A stretch of DNA of 32,000 nucleotides from Nitrosopumilus maritimus SCM1 (GTDB lineage: Archaea > Thermoproteota > Nitrososphaeria > Nitrososphaerales > Nitrosopumilaceae): the NCBI RefSeq assembly GCF_000018465.1, contig NC_010085.1, positions 1,260,001 through 1,292,000 on the forward strand, given 5' to 3'. Position 1 is the stretch's first letter. Each line of letters opens with the position of its first letter. The notes under the pieces were generated by a model. The model searched no databases, had not been told where the DNA came from, and saw only the letters and a list, made by a program, of their open reading frames with translations. Shown here one piece after another: positions 26,201 through 32,000 of this stretch. Position numbers and translations under genes: made by a program.

Positions 26201-26551
26201 TTATTTAGTTCTTGCATCATCATATGGTTTTTCAAGAATCACACCTATACTGTCAACAATTTTGTTTCGTTTAAATTCAATATTTTCTCGCTCACACATT
26301 CGTCTATACATGTTAACAACAGTAAATCTAGGATGCATTGCCTCAAATTCGGTTTCAGAGATATCAATGAATGCACCTAAATTCATTAGATCCTTTGCTG
26401 CAGTATGTGCATCATCTAAAGAGATCTTTAGTTTTTCAGAAATTGTTTGAGGAGTCATTTTTCCATAGCAGGTAACAAGCAAATACACTTTGGTTTGAAT
26501 GGGATTTAGATGAATTTCAGAGATCAGATCATTTTCAATCTTTGAATCCAT
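26201..26551 (-). CDS. TrmB-like winged-helix transcriptional regulator
   Basis: 'LNPIQTKVYLLVTCYGKMTPQTISEKLKISLDDAHTAAKDLMNLGAF' wHTH. Confidence 0.65.
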   Translation of the reverse strand: MDSKIENDLISEIHLNPIQTKVYLLVTCYGKMTPQTISEKLKISLDDAHTAAKDLMNLGAFIDISETEFEAMHPRFTVVNMYRRMCERENIEFKRNKIVDSIGVILEKPYDDARTK

Positions 26552-26592
26552 AATTTTTCAACTATTCCATTACAATAAAACATGATCCCATA

Positions 26593-26814
26593 TCATTTTT
26601 TGACTAGGAGTCTTTTTGATATCTTCAAAGAAAATCCCATTGCAACAAAATGAGCTATTGCACCTGAAATTGCTCCAATCATAACATCATCAAGGAAAAA
26701 CCAAACCAGAACAAATACAATAAGAGACGGAACAGTAGTGATTAATGCAATTATACTTCCTCTAAGAAAAATTTCTTTTTTTGTTAATTTTGCAGGTTTT
26801 TTATCTTCAGACAA
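26593..26814 (-). CDS. Small membrane protein, two TM segments, 73 aa
   Basis: Two hydrophobic segments ('IIALITTVPSLIVFVLVWFFL', 'MIGAISGAIAHFVAMGFSL') with lysine-rich ends. Confidence 0.5.
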   Translation of the reverse strand: MSEDKKPAKLTKKEIFLRGSIIALITTVPSLIVFVLVWFFLDDVMIGAISGAIAHFVAMGFSLKISKRLLVKK

Positions 26815-26832
26815 TAGCTCAAATTTTAAAAA

Positions 26833-27345
26833 ATGGTAATAAAAACCAAAGATACTTTATATTTGGTCAACCTAAATTGTTACTGTTTGTCAAGTTACAA
26901 GGGAGCATATTCAAATGAACAATCTCTGAATTTTGTAATTCCTATTATTGTGATATTATTTTTAGGGGTAATTTACATAATGACTCAGAGGGCAGATTCA
27001 GGCTTTGTTAGTTTCTTCTTGATTGGTGCTGCAGCACTTACAATGTTTTACTGGGTGAGAGTCTTGAAAAAGATGACAAAAGACCAGAAACCACTCTACA
27101 CACAATCAAGAGAACAAGAACAAAAGAACTGGGTTTATGACTTGATCAAAGGGGATGGAGAGTTTGTTTTTGTAGCAGAAGTCCCAGGGCCTGAAGATAA
27201 AGTCGCAGTAAGATTAGTAGATGGAATGTTATACATTAGAGGAACTGGAGGATTTTCAAAAGAAGTGCCAATTGAGGGTGCAAACGATATGCAAATATTT
27301 GATTTCAAATATCGTAATGGCGTATTAACACTTAGAATAAAATAA
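26833..27345 (+). CDS. Membrane-anchored Hsp20/CS-fold-like protein
   Basis: Two TM helices then 'GDGEFVFVAEVPGPEDKVAVRLVDGMLYIRGTGGFSKEVPIEG...DFKYRNGVLTLRI' alpha-crystallin-like pattern. Start codon uncertain. Confidence 0.6.
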   Translation: MVIKTKDTLYLVNLNCYCLSSYKGAYSNEQSLNFVIPIIVILFLGVIYIMTQRADSGFVSFFLIGAAALTMFYWVRVLKKMTKDQKPLYTQSREQEQKNWVYDLIKGDGEFVFVAEVPGPEDKVAVRLVDGMLYIRGTGGFSKEVPIEGANDMQIFDFKYRNGVLTLRIK

Positions 27346-28458
27346 TTACAGACTTTTTGCTAATTCTAATTTCTGAGGCAAGTATTTGTCAGTAATGTTG
27401 GTAAGACCATATTTTGCAAATGCCTCCAGTTCTGCTTTTCTCTTTAATCTCAAGAATACTTCAAGTTCTTTTTTCCAAATTCCTGATTCATATCGCGGAT
27501 CCTTTTGCAAATCATAACATCTCTTAATATCAGATTCAGTCATCGGAATAGTTGGTAGTTTGTATTTTTCAATATCAGTTGCCCAAACTCCAACCCATTT
27601 TGCATCAGGTACTGTCAATTCTCTAAGATGTGCAGCATTTGCAGAACCAGATTTGATTACCATAGCAATATGTTCTCCATACACATCCCCATCAGTCAAG
27701 ATGATGACAGGCAGTCCCATTTCATCATGAAGGCGTTTTAGTAAAGTACGTGTAGAACGTGGTGCTTGTCCTCCAGTGTTAATAATGATTGATTTGAATT
27801 TTTTATCAACTTGTTCTTCAACAAATCTTGTAAAGAGACCACCTTTCTCAATTGCAATTACAATTTCTGCACTAGTATCAACTAGTTCAGCAGTAGTTAG
27901 ACTAGGTCCAATAGAATAACCATCAGGATGGTTTGATAGATTCATCTTTTTACCCTCATATCCAGGAATTGTGTATTCAATATTCAAATCACCAAAGATA
28001 GAGCTTCGCTCTTCAGGGAAGATGTGGAAATCTTCTCTTGGTCTTGAGGTTACAGCCTCTAAATCCACAATGATGTTATCTGATTCAGATTGGTCATCAA
28101 ACTCTATTGCAAATGCTTGGGATGAATAATACACATCTCTTAATGTAGAGGATTTTTTCTCTTGAGTGAGGCGATTTGCAAAAAATGCAAGCCACATTAG
28201 TTGAGTAAATGAGCGAAGTTGGGCAGAATTCTTTGCGCTTCTAAGAGCAGTAGAATTTCCTAGAATATACTGTCTTAGTTTTTTGTCATAAACGATATTA
28301 CTAACAGATCTACTTGGAATGGAGAATTTTGGGAATTGTCCATTTTCTAAATCTTCATAGATTTTTGCACCGTGGTTTTTTAGAGATTCAAGAATTGTTT
28401 TTTGTTTCTCTTTTGCTTTTTTGCTGATCTCTTTTGCTTTTTTCTCACTTGCTTTCAA
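27346..28458 (-). CDS. top6A: DNA topoisomerase VI subunit A
   Basis: 'SSTLRDVYYSS' catalytic Tyr region, TOPRIM 'AIEKGGLFTRF', 'DGDVYGEHIA'. Confidence 0.96.
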   Translation of the reverse strand: MKASEKKAKEISKKAKEKQKTILESLKNHGAKIYEDLENGQFPKFSIPSRSVSNIVYDKKLRQYILGNSTALRSAKNSAQLRSFTQLMWLAFFANRLTQEKKSSTLRDVYYSSQAFAIEFDDQSESDNIIVDLEAVTSRPREDFHIFPEERSSIFGDLNIEYTIPGYEGKKMNLSNHPDGYSIGPSLTTAELVDTSAEIVIAIEKGGLFTRFVEEQVDKKFKSIIINTGGQAPRSTRTLLKRLHDEMGLPVIILTDGDVYGEHIAMVIKSGSANAAHLRELTVPDAKWVGVWATDIEKYKLPTIPMTESDIKRCYDLQKDPRYESGIWKKELEVFLRLKRKAELEAFAKYGLTNITDKYLPQKLELAKSL

Positions 28459-30325
28459 TTGGTTTTTCCTCCTCTATTGTCTTTTCAGTTTTAATTTCAA
28501 CAGGTTCTAGTTCCTCTAAAATTTTCTTGTAATTAGGTTCTTTTTTCTTTCCGGCAAGTTCAGTACAAAATTCTGCGATCATTGGAATGTATTTTGCATA
28601 AAGATTTGCTCTCTTTTTTGCCATTTCTGCTTGGCCTCTCTTTGACATGAATGCAGCTAGTTTTCTTGATAAGAATTGTAATCCTAGTCGGAGTTCGCGT
28701 TCGATCTCTTGTCTGTCTGCAACATTTTCTTTTCCTGCAGTCTTGTAAGGGATTCTAGTTGAGCAAATATGAGAGACTATGATAAATGGTGGATCACCTT
28801 TTACTTTGTATCGTCCCCAGTCAGTATCATTTACAACTTTTAGAACTACATCACTGCCTTCATCATAAAGTAGTGGAATTCTGTTTGCATATCGGTATAC
28901 ATGAGGTCCACCTGATTTGATGTCACCACCATATGCAATACCCATCTCAACAATAAATGGGAATCCAGAATATGCCGAAGCTGGGCGTTGAACAACAGCA
29001 ACAAAATCAGGATTAAAGAATTTCTTGATTCCTTTTTCTAGTGGTGATTCGCCTAATGGTGCAAGGCAACTAGAGTCTGGAGCCATGAAATCATCGAATT
29101 TCTGTAAAGCGTCACTAAGGTTCACTAGTTCTTGATTGGTCAGAGTACCCATGCGTTTTTCAGGCTTGAATTTTGCAAACTCGGCGAATTTTACTGCAGT
29201 AGTAGGACCTACACGTTGGAATCTTTTGGTAAGAAATGTAGTAAGGGGTTCACCTTGAACAGTGTTAGTAAGTTGTTTGTAATACTGACTTTCAGGATCC
29301 ATATCAACTGTTTTTGATTGAGAATCTCCAAAGTCCCAATAATGTAATTTTTTGTTTGGAACATCTAAATCTTCAATTCTAATCTTGCTTAATTTTTCAA
29401 AATCCATTTTCAGAAATGACAACAAGGCTATCACTACACGAACTTGACGTGAAAGATTTTTCCATTTCTTTTTTGCTTTGGTCATAATTGCAGTAAAGCT
29501 TAGATTTTGTTTTGACAATCCTAAATCTTTTCTTACCTTTTCAATCATTACATCATCAATTGTCGGAATTTCAAATTGAGATTCAACAATCATTCTTCTG
29601 ATTCTTTCAACATCAATTCCATGTGGGTGTGGTCTGATAATTGTTGGTGGAGGAGGAATCTCTTTTACAAATCTAGTGTGTTGGAATTTTTGTCCTTTAG
29701 GATCATCAAAAGTAATTGTTGCATAAGGAGTAATTAATGATGTTTCATAGACATAATCTCTAATTTTGTTTCCTGCTTTAGAGTAATCACCTTCTAAACA
29801 AATACTAACAGAAAGTCCTTTCTTGGAAGCTTCTTTTGTATTGTGTTTTACAATTACAGGTTTGTTTTTTTGAATGTCCAATAATATTTCAAACTGGTTT
29901 TGAGTTTGTCCATCAGCACAACTTTTTACAATTACGGGTTTGTTTGTTGTAATCTGACCATACAAAATTGCCATTGTTGCACCAAGTCCAAACATACCTC
30001 TTGCTTGTTTTAATCCAAATTTGGAACCATAAAGGACAGTTCCAAATGCTAGTGGAATGTGTTTTGCGTCAACTCCAGGTCCATTATCCTTTACAGTCAA
30101 GATGTAGGGTTTTGGGTCTGGTTTGTCGGGCTCAACAGCCTTAATTGTTAAGTGTACATCAGGTAGTATTCCTTTTTGATCACAGGCATCAAGAGCATTT
30201 TCAACAAATTCCCTGACAGCAGTGTATAGTGAACGGGTAGGATTACTGAACCCAGCCAAATCACGATTACTATAGAAAAACTCACTAGGAGAAATCTGAT
30301 TAAATTTTTCTTTAATAGAAGACAT
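28445..30325 (-). CDS. top6B: DNA topoisomerase VI subunit B (GHKL ATPase)
   Basis: 'REFVENALDACDQKG', 'VKDNGPGVD', 'GMFGLGATMAILYGQ', 'VCSTRIPYKTAGKE'. Confidence 0.97.
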   Translation of the reverse strand: MSSIKEKFNQISPSEFFYSNRDLAGFSNPTRSLYTAVREFVENALDACDQKGILPDVHLTIKAVEPDKPDPKPYILTVKDNGPGVDAKHIPLAFGTVLYGSKFGLKQARGMFGLGATMAILYGQITTNKPVIVKSCADGQTQNQFEILLDIQKNKPVIVKHNTKEASKKGLSVSICLEGDYSKAGNKIRDYVYETSLITPYATITFDDPKGQKFQHTRFVKEIPPPPTIIRPHPHGIDVERIRRMIVESQFEIPTIDDVMIEKVRKDLGLSKQNLSFTAIMTKAKKKWKNLSRQVRVVIALLSFLKMDFEKLSKIRIEDLDVPNKKLHYWDFGDSQSKTVDMDPESQYYKQLTNTVQGEPLTTFLTKRFQRVGPTTAVKFAEFAKFKPEKRMGTLTNQELVNLSDALQKFDDFMAPDSSCLAPLGESPLEKGIKKFFNPDFVAVVQRPASAYSGFPFIVEMGIAYGGDIKSGGPHVYRYANRIPLLYDEGSDVVLKVVNDTDWGRYKVKGDPPFIIVSHICSTRIPYKTAGKENVADRQEIERELRLGLQFLSRKLAAFMSKRGQAEMAKKRANLYAKYIPMIAEFCTELAGKKKEPNYKKILEELEPVEIKTEKTIEEEKPIESK

Positions 30326-30884
30326 CTTGATCTTCCCACAACTTCATTTTTTCTTGTTTTTCTTTTCTATTTGCAGCTTCTAATTTATCATAAACTGCAC
30401 CATGCATACTTCCACTGGAAATAGAAGAGATTGCATCAACTGCTAATCGTAATTTACTTGCATCACCAATAATTGAAACTGTTTTTCCATAAACTGAGAT
30501 ATGAGTACTGCTAAGATTTTCCATATTTCTTCTTGCTCTACCACCTTCTCCAATAATTCTCCCTTTTATCCTTTCAACATTTGCATTAGATTTTCCAGCA
30601 AACTCTCGAAGATCTATAACATGCAATGTGTTCTCTCCCTTTAACAAGGTCATAGCGTTTTCAGGAGAAAAACCTCTACCAATTGCTGTAACAATTTCCA
30701 TCGCTTTGAATGGTTGGATCTTTTCAACATCACCATCAGACTTTATGAGAACTTCTCCAGTCTCACCATCTATATCTAAAGACACATGACATGATTTTTC
30801 AATTTTAGATTTAATGTTTCCAGATTTCCCAATGAGTACTGCTATCCTGTCATTTGGAATTCGTAGTAATTTCTCAAAACTCAT
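30312..30884 (-). CDS. KH-domain RNA-binding protein (archaeal Dim2/Pno1-like)
   Basis: 'GKSGNIKSKIEKSCHVSLDIDGETGEV', 'GRIIGEGGRARRNMENLSSTHISVYGKTVSIIG'. Confidence 0.9.
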   Translation of the reverse strand: MSFEKLLRIPNDRIAVLIGKSGNIKSKIEKSCHVSLDIDGETGEVLIKSDGDVEKIQPFKAMEIVTAIGRGFSPENAMTLLKGENTLHVIDLREFAGKSNANVERIKGRIIGEGGRARRNMENLSSTHISVYGKTVSIIGDASKLRLAVDAISSISSGSMHGAVYDKLEAANRKEKQEKMKLWEDQDVFY

Positions 30885-31660
30885 TTTACAATATCCTCAA
30901 ATAATTTATCTGTGTCCTCAACAGAAACTCCTCGTTTTTTGAAGAACCTTGTAATGTTATTAATGTCTCTCTTAAGAAATTCTTGAGTATTTGGGTGTCT
31001 CAAATCAACTGCAGATCCCAAATCAAAAACCACCAATCCGTTTTGTGTCTTGAAGATATTATATTCTGAAAAATCTCCATGTACTAACTTTGCCTTTTGA
31101 TACATATCTAAAATAATTTGGATAGACTGTTTGTAGTCATCCTCATCTACTTGTGAATCAAGTAACGATTTTCCAGGAGCTCCATTTTCACCCACAAATT
31201 CCATTGCCAATACATTATTTGTCACATGAAGGGGTTTTGGAACAGGGATTCCAGCCTCAAAACACTGAGTTAAGTTTCGATATTCCTTTTTTGCCCAGAG
31301 ATACACAAGGTTTTTGGTTCCTTTTTTGACGTTTGAGAATCTAGGGTCACCAAGTATGTATGGTTCACGTTTTTTAAAATTCGAAGTACTAACAAGATAA
31401 ATTTTCAATGCAACATCTGAATCATTTTCATCAACTCCCCAAAACAAAACTGATTCTTTTCCAGCACTTACTGCACCATTGACATATGCAATGATATGAT
31501 CTGTGATCATTTTGTATAACGTCATGACAGTTGGCTTATCTAAGACTTCGTTTACTACTTTGCCTTTTTTAAAACCATCATCCAAAGTTTTTCGTTTAGC
31601 TTTTGAAATTAATTTTTTATCTATCTTCGATTCAAGTTTTTTGCTAAGAATATCAGTCAT
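30881..31660 (-). CDS. rio1: RIO1-family serine protein kinase
   Basis: 'VSAGKESVLFWG', 'ALKIYLVSTSNFKKREPYI.GDPRF', 'LVHGDFSEYNIF', 'LVVFDLGSAVD'. Confidence 0.92.
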   Translation of the reverse strand: MTDILSKKLESKIDKKLISKAKRKTLDDGFKKGKVVNEVLDKPTVMTLYKMITDHIIAYVNGAVSAGKESVLFWGVDENDSDVALKIYLVSTSNFKKREPYILGDPRFSNVKKGTKNLVYLWAKKEYRNLTQCFEAGIPVPKPLHVTNNVLAMEFVGENGAPGKSLLDSQVDEDDYKQSIQIILDMYQKAKLVHGDFSEYNIFKTQNGLVVFDLGSAVDLRHPNTQEFLKRDINNITRFFKKRGVSVEDTDKLFEDIVK

Positions 31661-31716
31661 TACTCAATAACACCTCCACTAGATAAAATGAATTTCTTTT
31701 TTGTATGGAAATCATT

Positions 31717-31971
31717 TTACATTTTAAAAACTATGAGAAATGGAACTCCAGAAATTTTTTTAACAGCATTTTCAGAACCAATACCTAATCCAAGAGATAA
31801 AGAAATAGTTTCATCACCTACAAGATTAATTATTGCAGAATTTTTTAGTAGAGTTTCAGCTTCTTCTTTTTCGACAAATCTTTCTCCGTAATAGCTTTCA
31901 CTTATGTGCATGTTTAGTTCACCTTCAACAATTGTTTTACCCAATAGTTCTGCATCACATATGTTCAACAT
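31717..31971 (-). CDS. DUF424 family protein (start may lie upstream; frame stays open to the window edge)
   Basis: 'ICDAELLGKTIVEGELNMHISESYYGERFV' matches the DUF424 pattern; adjacent to RIO1/KH as in many archaea. Confidence 0.7.
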   Translation of the reverse strand: MLNICDAELLGKTIVEGELNMHISESYYGERFVEKEEAETLLKNSAIINLVGDETISLSLGLGIGSENAVKKISGVPFLIVFKM

Positions 31972-32000
31972 TGGGTTTTTTTGATAATCAGTTTGACGTA

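Noticed and set aside
31961-32000. C-terminal end of a further ORF (YVKLIIKKTQC*) at the right edge, perhaps eIF1A
   Set aside because: Only 11 codons visible and no recognisable motif; not enough to call.

Overview
This window looks like a marine ammonia-oxidising archaeon (Nitrosopumilus-like, Nitrososphaerota/Thaumarchaeota). It is low-GC, densely coded, and carries archaeal information-processing genes with typical low-TATA leaderless promoters. Most of it is core genome: RNA modification/processing (KsgA/Dim1, HemK-like MTase, RlmN, Nop5-fibrillarin, Trm1, FtsJ/RlmE), ribosomal proteins L21e and S30e, RNAP subunit F, RadA, PyrK/PyrD, RNase HII, adenine salvage (Apt/MTA phosphorylase), and a topoisomerase VI A/B - KH (Dim2-like) - RIO1 - DUF424 block. 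The accessory-looking parts are a divergent tyrosine recombinase converging on a 419-aa unknown ORF next to a tRNA-Ser(GCT) gene (107-3222), a solitary OLD-like ATPase (19813-21906) and a large exported repeat protein (21980-24148). The strongest unusual signals are: two in-frame minisatellites (21 bp at the nop5/fibrillarin junction; 36 bp inside an RPC34-like gene with a Pol III RPC39-type Cys signature); a long K/T-rich plus acidic tail on RadA; palindromes at the predicted leaderless starts of rlmN and radA; and an E-to-D change in the RNase HII active-site motif. I found no CRISPR array, rRNA, transposase or convincing multi-gene defence cassette.
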